This document shows, one piece after another, positions 53,266 through 62,403 of a stretch of DNA of 64,000 nucleotides. The position numbers and the translations under genes were made by a program. How positions within the stretch are numbered: position 1 is the stretch's first letter; each line of letters opens with the position of its first letter. The notes under the pieces are model-generated. The model saw only the letters and a list, made by a program, of their open reading frames with translations. It was not told where the DNA came from and ran no database searches. The stretch comes from an uncultured Actinomycetota bacterium (lineage in GTDB: Bacteria > Actinomycetota > Actinomycetes > Actinomycetales > CAWJMD01): contig CAVVQA010000002.1 of assembly GCA_963750285.1 (NCBI GenBank), positions 198,229 through 262,228 on the forward strand, read 5' to 3'.

Positions 53266-54679
53266 TCACGGCGGGTCGAGGTCGCGGGCCGTCCGGGGCG
53301 TGCGCCAGCGCAGGCCGGTGGCGCGGGTGGCCTGGACGGTCTGGTGGAAGGTGTTGCGCCGCAAGGCGGCGGTCGGGGTCGAGCCGGTCGGGTGGTCGGA
53401 ACCAGGGGAGGCCGTCGCGCATCACCATCACCCAGGCGTCCTCGGTCGTGTCGTCGGGCTGGGCGTGGATCTGGCTGTGGTGGCGGTGGCAGAGCAGGGC
53501 GAGGTTGTCGATGGTGGTGGGTCCGCCGCGGGACCACCAGATCACGTGGTGCGCCTCGCACAGCGAGGGTGGGGTGGTGCAGCCGGGCCAGACGCAGCCC
53601 TGGTCGCGGGCGGCCAGGGCGGTCTGCTGGGCGGCGGTGGCGAGCCGGCCGATCGTGTCCATCGCCAGCACCCGACCTGCCTTGTCCAGGACGACGCGGT
53701 CGACGACGGCGTCGCACGCGATCCGGGTCAGCGCACCCCGGCCGACCAGGGCGCCGTCGGTCGTCACCGCGGCGCCCGCACCCTGCGTGCCGGCGAGCTG
53801 CTCCGGGGTCGTCACGACCACGACCCGCGGGACCGCGCGGGCGGCGGTGCCGAGGCCGTCGTGCTCGGCCGCCGCACGCGCCATCTGCACCAGTGCGTCC
53901 GCGCGGCGCTGACCCCGCGTCCGCACGTCCGCCGCAGGATCGGCACCGCTGCTGGGCTCGGTCGCGGCGGCACGGTCCTTCTCGACGAAGTGGTCCAGCA
54001 CGGTGGCGACGGTGAGCCCGCCGGCCTGGTCGAGCTGGCCGCTGAGCAGGACCATCCCGGTCTGGTCGGTCGCGATCGCGAGGTGCCGCCGGTCCAGGGC
54101 GTTCTCGTCGTACCGGTCCGCCCTGTCCGGGGTGATCACCGACAGCAGGTGCCGCGCCAGGTAGTCGGCGCCGGCCGGGGTCGAACCCGCGGGCGTGCTC
54201 GGTCAGCAGACCGTCGACCTCGTCCCGTCGCTCCCGCACCAGCCGGACCGGCAGCCGCTTCAGCGGCCGACCGCGCGACGTCGACGTGCTCACGGGACAC
54301 CGCACCGGCCGCGAGCGCCCCGCCGAGCTCGCGCAGGGTCGCCGGTGTCGGGGCAGGTCAGCTTCGCGTTCTCCACATCGGCCGACGCCCGCCTGGCGGA
54401 GACCCGGCACCGGGACTTCAGCAGGCTCACCGTCCGCGCGCCCTGCTCACCGCGGGCGTCCGGGGTCTCCCGGGACACCGACTCCCGCAGCGCCGTACCG
54501 CGTGCCGCCTCGGTGCGCGCGCCGACCTCGGTGAGTCCCGACGACGAGGGTCGGTCGAGCTGGCTGTCGTCCAACGACCAGGTCGATGCCTCCAGGACCT
54601 GGTCCAGACCCTGCTGGATCAGCGCCAGACCGACGAACGCCGGGTGCCCCGACCCCGCGCCTACCGTCTCAGCCGCCAT
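53266..54679 (-). pseudogene. DUF222 / HNH endonuclease (REP13E12-type family); three to four frame breaks
   Basis: N-terminus MAAETVGAGSGHPAFVGLALIQQGLDQVLEASTWSLDDSQL (in ORF 54290..55519). Middle ...HVDVARGRPLKRLPVRLVRERRDEVDGLLTEHARGFDP (frame of ORF 52407..54410). The core is in ORF 53081..54139 with the HNH motif CEAHHVIWWSRGGPTTIDNLALLCHRHH. The end RRNTFHQTVQATRATGLRWRTPRTARDLDPP* is in another frame, with its stop at 53266. Confidence 0.75.
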
Positions 54680-54786
54680 ACCCACAAGACTAGGTGCGAC
54701 CACCGACAACCGCTGTCCCGCAACGGTTCCTGTGGACAGAACCCCGCGGGAGAGGCCGAGCTGTGGACGACGCGCACGATCGGGTG

Positions 54787-55450
54787 TCAGCGCCGGCGGG
54801 CTACCACGACGGCGTCGTCCAGCGTCCCGCCGGGGGCTCCCGGCTGTGCCCGTCCGACGCGTGCGGTGCTCCGCGACCAGCACCTCCCAGACGTCCGGGT
54901 CGAGCGCCGCCGTCACCACCTCGGGGGTGAACGTCGTGCCCGCTGCCGGGCCGTGCCCCTCGCCGTGGCCGTGGGTCCCGTGGTGACCGTGCCCGCCGGT
55001 GTGCTGGTGCCCGACGACGAGCAGCGTGCCGCCCGGGGCGACCGCGGCACCGAGCTGCTCGACCATCCGACCGGCTGGTCCGGTGGGGTGCGCGTAGTGG
55101 GAGCAGACCAGGTCGAAGCGACCGGTGGGCGGCGACCAGGCGGCGAGCTCGGACCGGACCCAGGTGATCCGCCCGGCGACCTGCGACCCGAGCACCTCCG
55201 CACGCCCGCGGGCACGGTCGAGCGCGGTCTGCGCGACGTCGAGAGCGGTGACGTGCCAATCGTTCTCGGCCAGCCAGAGCGTCTCCGCCCCCTCGCCGCA
55301 CCCGGCGTCGAGCGCACGGCCGGGCTCGAGCCCGCTCGCCACCTCCACGAGGTACGGGTTGGGCGGGTGGGCCGTGCCGGCGCCCTGCGAGCGGTAGCGG
55401 TCCTCCCACCAGGTGGGGTCCAGCCCGTGCTCGCCCGTCTCGTGATCCAC
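54787..55450 (-). pseudogene. class I SAM-dependent methyltransferase with His-rich insert; frame break near the 3' end
   Basis: From the GTG at 55450: VDHETGEHGLDPTWWEDRYRS...LEPGRALDAGCGEGAETLWLAENDWHVTALDVAQTAL...FDLVCSHY...LAPGGTLLVVGHQHTGGHGHHGTHGHGEGHG. The plausible end ...GTLDDAVVVARRR* (stop at 54787) is in a different frame. Confidence 0.7.
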
Positions 55451-55517
55451 GGTCCGAGTCTGCCCGACGTCCGGTCGGTGCGCGGAATGCCTCTCCCCGC
55501 AGCGGGGTTGGCCCGGC

Positions 55518-56454
55518 ATGGGCAGAGCGGTGCTGGCGACGGGGTACGGCGGGCCCGAGGTCCTGGAGGTGGTCGAGGTCGCGACGCCGGACCCGGGACC
55601 CGCGCGAGGTGGTCGTCGACGTCCGCGCCGCCGGGGTGAACCCGGCCGACCGCAAGTCCTACGACGGCACCTTCGGTACCGACCCCGCCGCCCTGCCGAA
55701 GAGGCTGGGCTCCGAGGTCGCGGGGATCGTGTCGGCGGTGGGGTCGGACGTCGAGCGGCTCGCCGTCGGGGACGAGGTGATCGCCTACCGCGTCACCGGC
55801 GGCTACGCCGACCAGGTGCTGGCCGGCGCGGCCGACGTCTTCCTCCGGCCCCGGGCGCTCACCGTGGAGCAGGCCGCGGGCCTGCTGCTCACGGGTGCGA
55901 CCGCCGCGCACCTGCTGCACGCCACCTCCGTCGCGGCGGGTGACACGGTCCTCCTGCACGGGGCATCGGGCGGCGTGGGGAGCGCGGTGGTCCAGCTGCT
56001 CGTCGAGCGCGGCGCCCGCGTCATCGGCACGGCCGGTCGCGGGCGCCAGGACGACGTGCGCGCGCTCGGCGGCGAACCGGTGCCGTACGGGGACGGCCTG
56101 CTGGAGCGGGTCCGGGACCTCGCTCCCGACGGCGTCGACGTCGCTCTCGACACGGTGGGCACCGACGAGGCGGTCGACGTCAGCCTGGCCCTGGTGGCCG
56201 ACCGCGACCGGATCGCCACGGTGGCGGCGTTCGCCCGGGCGCCCGGGCTCGGCATCCGGCTGCTCGGCGGCGGACCCGGTGCCGATCCCGGCACGCAGGT
56301 CCGGTCAGCAGCCCGTGCCGCGCTGGTGGCCCTCGCGGACGAGGGACGGCTCACCGTCCGCGTCGACCGGACGTTCGCGCTGGACGACGTGCGCGCCGCG
56401 CACGCGCACCTCGCGTCGGGAACGGCTCGCGGCAAGGTCGTGCTGGTGCCCTGA
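55518..56454 (+). pseudogene. NADPH:quinone oxidoreductase (zinc-type alcohol dehydrogenase superfamily); one frame break near 55600
   Basis: MGRAVLATGYGGPEVLEVVEVATPDPGP, then VVDVRAAGVNPADRKSYDGTFG...GDEVIAY...VLLHGASGGVGSAVVQLLVERGARVIGTAG...ASGTARGKVVLVP* in ORF 55609..56454. Confidence 0.75.
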
Positions 56455-56486
56455 GCCCGCGGGTGCGTCCGGGGGTCGACGGGAGC

Positions 56487-56984
56487 TCAGCGACCGGCGT
56501 CGGCCGCGAGCACCTGCTCGCGCAGGATGTCGGCGTGGCCGGCGTGCTGGGCCAGCTCGCCCACCACGTGCAGGAGGACCCACCGCAGCGGCAGCGGCCC
56601 GCGCCGGTTGCCGTCGAGGGTGTCGTCGGGCGCGAGCCCGGCGACCGCCCGGCGCGAGTCCTCGCACGCCTCGCGGTGCGCCTGCTGCACCGAGGCGACG
56701 GTGTCGTCGTCGTCGAGGACGAACGACTCGTCCGGGGTCGCGGGGATCCCGATCTGCTCGCGCGACCGGCCGGTCACCGCCTCGTCGAACCACACCCTCT
56801 CGACGAACGTGGCGTGCTTCACCAGGCCGAGGAGCGTCGTGCGCGACGGCACGAGCGAGCGACGCGCCTGCTCGTCGGTGAGGCCGTCGAGGCAGCGCTG
56901 CAACGACTCCCGGTGCAGGTCGACGAACGCCTCCAGCTGGGCGCGCAACGGCTGGTCGAAGGAGCCGTGGTGGTGAGGGTGCAC
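56487..56984 (-). CDS. DinB family (DUF664 / mycothiol-transferase-like) protein
   Basis: Intact 165 aa. LTDEQARRSLVPSRTTLLGLVKHATFVERVWF...RWVLLHVVGELAQHAGHADILRE. Confidence 0.75.
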   Translation of the reverse strand: MHPHHHGSFDQPLRAQLEAFVDLHRESLQRCLDGLTDEQARRSLVPSRTTLLGLVKHATFVERVWFDEAVTGRSREQIGIPATPDESFVLDDDDTVASVQQAHREACEDSRRAVAGLAPDDTLDGNRRGPLPLRWVLLHVVGELAQHAGHADILREQVLAADAGR

Positions 56985-57073
56985 GCGTCGATGGTGCCAC
57001 CGCGGGTGGGGTCCTCGGGTGTCGTCACCCTCCGCACACCACCTCGGGCGCCGGCACGGATAGCCTGCGGCTC

Positions 57074-58505
57074 ATGCCGACCGACGGACGCGCCGACCTG
57101 AGCGCGGTGGTCAAGGCCTACGACGTGCGCGGCGTGGTGCCGGACGAGTGGGGTCCGCGCGAGGCGACCGCTCTCGGCGCCGCGTGCGCCGACGTGCTCG
57201 GCGTCGCCGGACGCCCCTTCGTCATCGGGCACGACATGCGACCGTCCTCGGGCGCTCTGGTCGACGCCTTCGCCGACGGCGTCACCGCCCGTGGGGGCGA
57301 GGTCGTGCTGATCGGCCTCGCGTCGACCGACGGGCTCTACTACGCGAGCGGCGTCCTGGACTGCCCCGGAGCGATGTTCACCGCCTCGCACAATCCCGCG
57401 CGGTACAACGGCATCAAGGTCTGCCGACCGGGTGCGCGGGCCGTCGGCCAGGACACCGGCCTCGCCGCCGTGCGCGAGCGGGCGGAGCGCTACCTCGCCG
57501 ACGGCGTGCCGGAGGCCGAGCACCGCGGCGCTCGCGAGGAGCGGGACCTGCTGCGGGGCTACGCCGAGCACCTCCGCGGCCTCGTCGACGTCTCGGCCGG
57601 ACGCCGTCTCAAGGTCGTCGTCGACGCCGGCAACGGGATGGCCGGCCACACCGTCCCCGCGGTGCTCGGACGCGCCGCCGGTCTCGACCCGCTGCCGATC
57701 GAGCTGGTGCCGCTGTACTTCGAGCTCGACGGCAGCTTCCCGAACCACGAGGCCAACCCGCTCGAGCCGGAGAACCTGCGCGACCTGCAGGCCGCGGTGG
57801 TCGAGCACGGCGCCGACGTCGGGCTGGCCTTCGACGGCGACGCCGACCGCTGCTTCGTGGTGGACGAGCTGGGCGGACCGGTGAGCCCGAGCGCCGTGAC
57901 GGCGATGGTGGCGGTGCGCGAGGTGGCCAAGGAGCTGGCCGCCGGGCGTCGAGCCGGTGGTGATCCACAACCTGATCACGTCGCTCGCGGTGCCGGAGAT
58001 GGTGACCGAGGCGGGCGGCACGCCGCTCCGCACCCGCGTCGGCCACTCGTTCATCAAGGCCGAGATGGCTTCCAGCGGAGCCGTCTTCGGCGGCGAGCAC
58101 TCCGCCCACTACTACTTCCGCGAGTTCTGGGGCGCCGACACCGGCATGCTCGCGGCGCTGCACGTGCTGGCGGCGATGCAGGAGTCGGACGTCCCGATCT
58201 CGCAGCTCGCGGCCGGGTACGAGCGCTACGCCGGCAGCGGCGAGATCAACTCCCGCGTCGAGGACGTGCCGTCCGCGGTGGCTCGCGTCCGCGCTGCGTT
58301 CGACGAGCCGCGGCAGCTTCGACGGCCTCGACGGGCTCACCGTCACCGGTCCCGCCCGGGAGGACGCGACCGTCCGGTGTGGTGGTTCAACCTGCGCGGC
58401 TCCAACACCGAGCCCCTGCTGCGGCTCAACGTCGAGGCCGTCGACGTCGCGACGATGGGGTCGGTGCGCGACGAGGTGCTGGCGCTGGTGCGTCAGGAGA
58501 CCTGA
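57074..58505 (+). pseudogene. phosphomannomutase/phosphoglucomutase; one frame break near 57950 plus a probable compensating pair near 58310-58380
   Basis: Active-site loop AMFTASHNPARYNGIKV, metal loop GLAFDGDADRCFVVD, then VIHNLITS...GGEHSAHYYF...WWFNLRGSNTEPLLRLNVEA in ORF 57957..58505. The segment FDGLDGLTVTG is read in another frame. Confidence 0.8.
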
Positions 58506-58516
58506 CCCCGACCCGG

Positions 58517-58963
58517 TCAGCGACCGCCGTCGCGGACGTCGACGGACGCCGTCCGCCACAGCGCCGCGAGGCCCGGCGCGGGCACGGGTGGCATCACCGT
58601 CGCGCCGCCGACCCAGTCGGCGTCGTCGTACAGCGTGGGGTCCGGGGTCACGACGCGACGTCCGGTGGAGCCGACCAGGACCGGGTCCCACCTCCTCGGT
58701 CGACCGCCGGCACCAGGGCGTCGCGCGGGTCGCGGCCTCCTCGACGACGCGGACGCGGTGCAGCCGGATGCCCAGGCTGGACAGGGCGATCCGCCGCGCG
58801 GCGTCGACAGGGTCCTCGTCGGGCCCTGGTGGGCGTGCAGCGCCGGCAGCCAGGCGCCGCCGGCGTCGCGGTGCCGGAACGCGCGCCGCAGCGCCAGCAG
58901 GTCGCCGGTGCCGTCGAGGGTGTACAGGGTGAGGACCGCCGAGGGGGAGCCGTGCTCGTCCAT
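58517..58963 (-). pseudogene. hypothetical protein, possibly a degenerate Nudix-fold protein; about three frame breaks
   Basis: MDEHGSPSAVLTLYTLDGTGDLLALRRAFRHRDAGGAWLPALHAHQGP, then (other frame) DEDPVDAARRIALSSLGIRLHRVRVVEEAA. This resembles a Nudix box with the catalytic Glu residues replaced. The end ...TLYDDADWVGGATVMPPVPAPGLAALWRTASVDVRDGGR* follows. Weak assignment. Confidence 0.3.
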
Positions 58964-59024
58964 GCCCGCACTTCCTGCCCGCTGCGGCCGGACGGATGCA
59001 CGAGGCCTCAGGGGGATCCTGCGT

Positions 59025-59336
59025 TCAGCCGGGTGGCGCGGGCGGATCGGTCTCCCAGCGCGCCCGGCGCTCGTCGTCCGACTGCTCCCACCACGGGGTA
59101 CCGCGCTCGCCGAGGGCGACCTTGGCGGCCTGGACGCCGTCCCGGGCCGTCCGCTCGCCGTCGGTGCCCTTGGACCGCCCCACCTCGCGCCGCCACGCCA
59201 TCAGCACGTTCGTGAGCTGCGGCGCCGGTCCTCGCGGGATCGCGGGGTCGGTGGCGCGCCACCGGCGGCCGTCGATCACCAGATAGCGGCCGTCGTCGGT
59301 CGATCTCCGGGCCCTCGCTGCTCCCTGCACCACCAC
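59025..59336 (-). CDS. conserved hypothetical small basic protein
   Basis: Tail of ORF 59025..59918 with high G/C3: ...DDGRYLVIDGRRWRATDPAIP...LMAWRREVGRSKG...VQAAKVALGERGTPWWEQSDDERRARWE.... The start is uncertain (GTG triplet around 59330-59336). Confidence 0.45.
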   Translation of the reverse strand: MVVQGAARARRSTDDGRYLVIDGRRWRATDPAIPRGPAPQLTNVLMAWRREVGRSKGTDGERTARDGVQAAKVALGERGTPWWEQSDDERRARWETDPPAPPG

Positions 59337-59392
59337 CGGCCACCTCGTGATCCTCACCCGCTGACGCGCGCGGCGCCATCCGTGGCGCGGCA

Positions 59393-60045
59393 ATGCCGTT
59401 GCCCCGGCGGCGGCCGGCACCGAGGATCGAGGGCGTGGACGCCGAGGGCAGCGCGGGTGCCCGCTGCGTCGTCCTGGTCGAGGGCCGCAGCGACGTGGCG
59501 GCGCTGCGCGTGCTGGGTCGCACGGCTCGAGCCTCGGCTCCCCGTCGATCGAGGTGGTCTCGATGGAGGGCGTCACCAACGTGGGGCACCACCTGGCGGC
59601 GATCGCCGCCGACCCGGCGGCGCCGCGGTCGTCGGTCTGTGCGACGCACCCGAGGTGCGGTTCGTCGCTGGGCGCCCTGCGCCGGCGCGGCCACGACGTC
59701 GCGAGCAGGGACGACCTGGCGGTGCACGGCTTCCACGTGTGCGACGACGACCTGGAGGACGAGCTGATCCGGGCGGTCGGCGTCGACGAGGTGGTCGACG
59801 TGGTGGCCACCCTGGGTGAGCTCCCGCGCCTCGACACGTTCCGGCGCCAGCCCGCCCAGCGCGCCCGCTCGCTGCACGACCAGCTGCACCGCTTCGCCGG
59901 CACCACGTCGGGACGCAAGGCCCGGTTCGCGGCGGCGCTGGCCGAGCAGGTCGTCCTCGACCGCGTGCCGGCGCCGCTGCGGAACGTGCTGGAGGCGGCC
60001 CACGACCAGGCCGGGGTCAGCCCAGGTCGGGCACCTGGTCCTTGA
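59393..60045 (+). pseudogene. stand-alone Toprim (OLD-family-type nucleotidyl transferase/hydrolase) domain protein; about three frame breaks
   Basis: CVVLVEGRSDVAALRVLGR (ORF 59393), IEVVSMEGVTNVGHHLAAIAADPAAPR (ORF 59554), VVGLCDAPEVRF (third frame), then RRGHDVASRDDLAVHGFHVCDDDLEDELIRAVG...TFRRQPAQRARSLHDQLHRFAGTTSGRKARFAAALAE...VPAPLRNVLE (ORF 59554..60045). An alternative GTG start is at 59435. Confidence 0.6.
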
Positions 60046-60630
60046 CGTCGTCGTCGCCGGCGGGGGCCGGCGGCGCGGTCGGCGCGTAGATCACCCGGAT
60101 CACCCCGGTGGGGAAGACCTCGCTGGCCACGACCGACAGGTGGTAGGCGTCGCCGCCCTCGTCGAACAGCCGGCGTCCCGTGCGCGCGGCCACCGGGTGC
60201 ACCAGCAGCCGCAGCTCGTCGACCAGGCCCGCCGCGAGCAGCTGCTGGATGACGGAGATCGAGCCGGGGACGAGGACGCCCTTGACGTCCGGGTCGGCCT
60301 TGAGCGCCGCGACGCCTCGACGAGGTCGCCGTCGAGCAGCTCGGAGTTGCGCCAGGTGAGCTCGAGCGGCTGGCGCGAGACGACGACCTTGCGCAGGTCG
60401 CCGAGCTGCTTGGCCATCGGCGCGTCCTCCTCGCCCGCCTCCTCGCGGTCCGGCCACGCGCCGGCGAAGCTGTCGTAGGTCTCGCGCCCGAGCAGCAGGA
60501 CGTCGCTGGTGGCGTAGTCCTCGGTGACGGCGCGGCCCATGTTCTCGTCGAAGTAGGGGAAGTGCCACGCCGGGTCGATCTCGGCCACGCCGTCGGCGGA
60601 GATGAACAGGGTGGAGATGAGCTTGGCCAT
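60017..60630 (-). pseudogene. dihydrofolate reductase family protein (RibD C-terminal domain type); one frame break near 60310
   Basis: MAKLISTLFISADGVAEIDPAWHFPYFDENMGRAVTEDYATSDVLLLGRETYDSFAGAWP... (ORF 60100..60630), then ...ALKADPDVKGVLVPGSISVIQQLLAAGLVDELRLLVHPVAARTGRRLFDEGG... to the stop at 60017. Confidence 0.7.
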
Positions 60631-60807
60631 CGTGGAGGTCCTTCCAGGAGCGGTCGTCGTCAGGCGTTGGACCTCGCGCCGGCAGCGAAGTCATCGCTCG
60701 GCCGACGTCGGAGTCCGTCCCCGACCCTAGGTGTGACCGAGCCCCGGTTGTGGCCCGCTCGCGCGTGCACCTAGCGTCGTGGACGTGGACGAGCCGGGGA
60801 CGCCGCG

Positions 60808-61717
60808 ATGAGCACCGGGCACGGCCACGGCGGTCGCGACCAGCGCGGGCGGCAGGCACCGGTGGCGCCTGGCCGTCTCGTTCGTCCTGGTGGCGGGCTT
60901 CTTCGTCGTCGAGCTCGTCGCCGGCCTGGTCTCGGGGTCGCTGGCCCTGCTGTCCGACGCCGGTCACATGGCGGCCGACGTCGTCACGCTGGGCGCCGCG
61001 CTGGTGGCCACCCGGATGGCCACCCGCCCCGACCGGACCGGCCGCCGGACCTACGGCTCGTTCCGCGCCGAGGTGTTCGCGTCCGGCCTCGCCGTGCTGG
61101 TGATGCTCGGGGTGGCGGTCTTCATCGCGGTCGAGGCGGTGCGGCGGATCGGCGCGGAGGCCGAGGTGGCCGGCGGGGCGATGCTCGCGGTCGGGGCCGT
61201 CGGCCTCGTGGTCAACCTGGTCGCGCTGGTGCTGCTGCGGGCCGGCGCGAAGGAGAGCCTGAACGTCAAGGGCGCCTACCTCGAGGTGGTCGCCGACACC
61301 GTGGGCTCGCTCGGCGTGGTCGTCGCCGGCGCGCTGGTGACCTGGACGCGGCGGACCTGGTGGGACACCGCCATCGCGCTCGCCATCGCGGTGTTCGTCG
61401 TCGTCCGCGCGGTGGCGCTGGCCCGTGAGGTCCTGGCCGTCCTGGGGCAGCACGCGCCGGCGGGCGTCGAGCCCACCGAGATCACCGCCGCCCTGGCCGC
61501 GCTGCCCGGCGTGGGCGACGTGCACGACCTGCACGTGTGGCAGCTGACGTCCGGCATGAACGTGGCGACGGCGCACCTCGTGACGTCCGAGCACGGCACC
61601 ACGCACGAGGTCCTGGACCGGGCCCGGCAGGAGCTGAAGACGCGGTTCGGCATCGCGCACGCGACGCTCCAGGTGGAGCCGGCGGACCACCGGGGCTGCG
61701 ACGAGGTGACCTGGTAG
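60808..61717 (+). pseudogene. cation diffusion facilitator (CDF) family metal efflux transporter; one frame break near 60850
   Basis: His-rich N-terminus MSTGHGHGG (ORF 60808), then ...LAVSFVLVAGFFVVELVAGLVSGSLALLSDAGHMAADV...NVKGAYLEVVADTVGSLGVV...DVHDLHVWQLTSG...HATLQVEP in ORF 60890..61717. Confidence 0.8.
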
Positions 61718-61909
61718 CCGCTCCGCGCAACCGGTGGCGAGCAGCGCCGCGACCACGCGGGGGAGCCGGTTGTCCATGACGCCGCCGACCACCGGCCCCG
61801 CCCGGCCCGGGAGCCAGACGCCGAGGTCGCCGAACAGGAGCACCCGGTCACCGACGAGAGCGCCGACGACCACCACGACGACGACGGCAGCCGCGCACGC
61901 CGCCAGCAC
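61718..61909 (-). pseudogene. N-terminal fragment of a FecCD-family (iron-siderophore/B12 ABC) permease, 3'-truncated
   Basis: The N-terminus of ORF 60017..61909 reads LAACAAAVVVVVVVGALVGDRVLLFGDLGVWLPGRAGPVVGGVMDNRLPRVVAALLATG. This resembles the first TM helix and the RLPR(v/t)LaAll motif of FecCD permeases. After about 65 codons the frame runs antisense into the CDF gene. Confidence 0.35.
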
Positions 61910-61990
61910 CAGGCGGAGGCGGCGCCGGGGTGACGGAGACCGCGATCCGGCGCCCTCGTCCCCTGGTCGTCAGGGCGGCTGGGTGCGAGG

Positions 61991-62377
61991 GTGGGTGCAC
62001 ACCGGTCGGAGGGGGGCGCCGTGGCACGGGTCGTCGAGGTCATCGCGGATCTGCACGTGGCCGACATCGGCGCTGCGAGAGAGTTCTACGCCGGCTTCCT
62101 CGGCCTCGGCACGACCGAGTTCGACCTCGGCTGGGTCGCGCGGTTCACCTCGCCGGACACCGGCGCCACGGTCCAGGTCGTGACGCGCGACGCGACCGCC
62201 GCGCAGGACCCGGTGCTCTCGGTCAAGGTCGACGACGTGGACGCCGCCTACGAGGACGCGGTCCGTCGCGGCTACGAGATCGTGCACCCGCTGACGACGG
62301 AGGAGTGGGGCGTGCGGCGGTTCTTCGTCCGCGACCCCGCCGGCAACGTCCTGAACCTGGTGCAGCACCACACCTGA
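61991..62377 (+). CDS. VOC (glyoxalase/bleomycin resistance/dioxygenase) family protein
   Basis: Intact ORF. VIADLHVADIGAAREFYAGFLGL...DVDAAYEDAVRRGYEIVHPLTTEEWGVRRFFVRDPAGNVLNLVQH. A likely start is the GTG near 62021. Confidence 0.7.
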   Translation: MGAHRSEGGAVARVVEVIADLHVADIGAAREFYAGFLGLGTTEFDLGWVARFTSPDTGATVQVVTRDATAAQDPVLSVKVDDVDAAYEDAVRRGYEIVHPLTTEEWGVRRFFVRDPAGNVLNLVQHHT

Positions 62378-62403
62378 CCCGGGGTGGCGACCGCCTGCAG
62401 CGC

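Noticed and set aside
52200-62000. A mobile element, integrative island or prophage explaining the truncated genes
   Set aside because: I could not find an integrase, transposase, recombinase, tRNA attachment site, phage structural gene or flanking direct repeats. The only selfish-type gene is the DUF222/HNH endonuclease.
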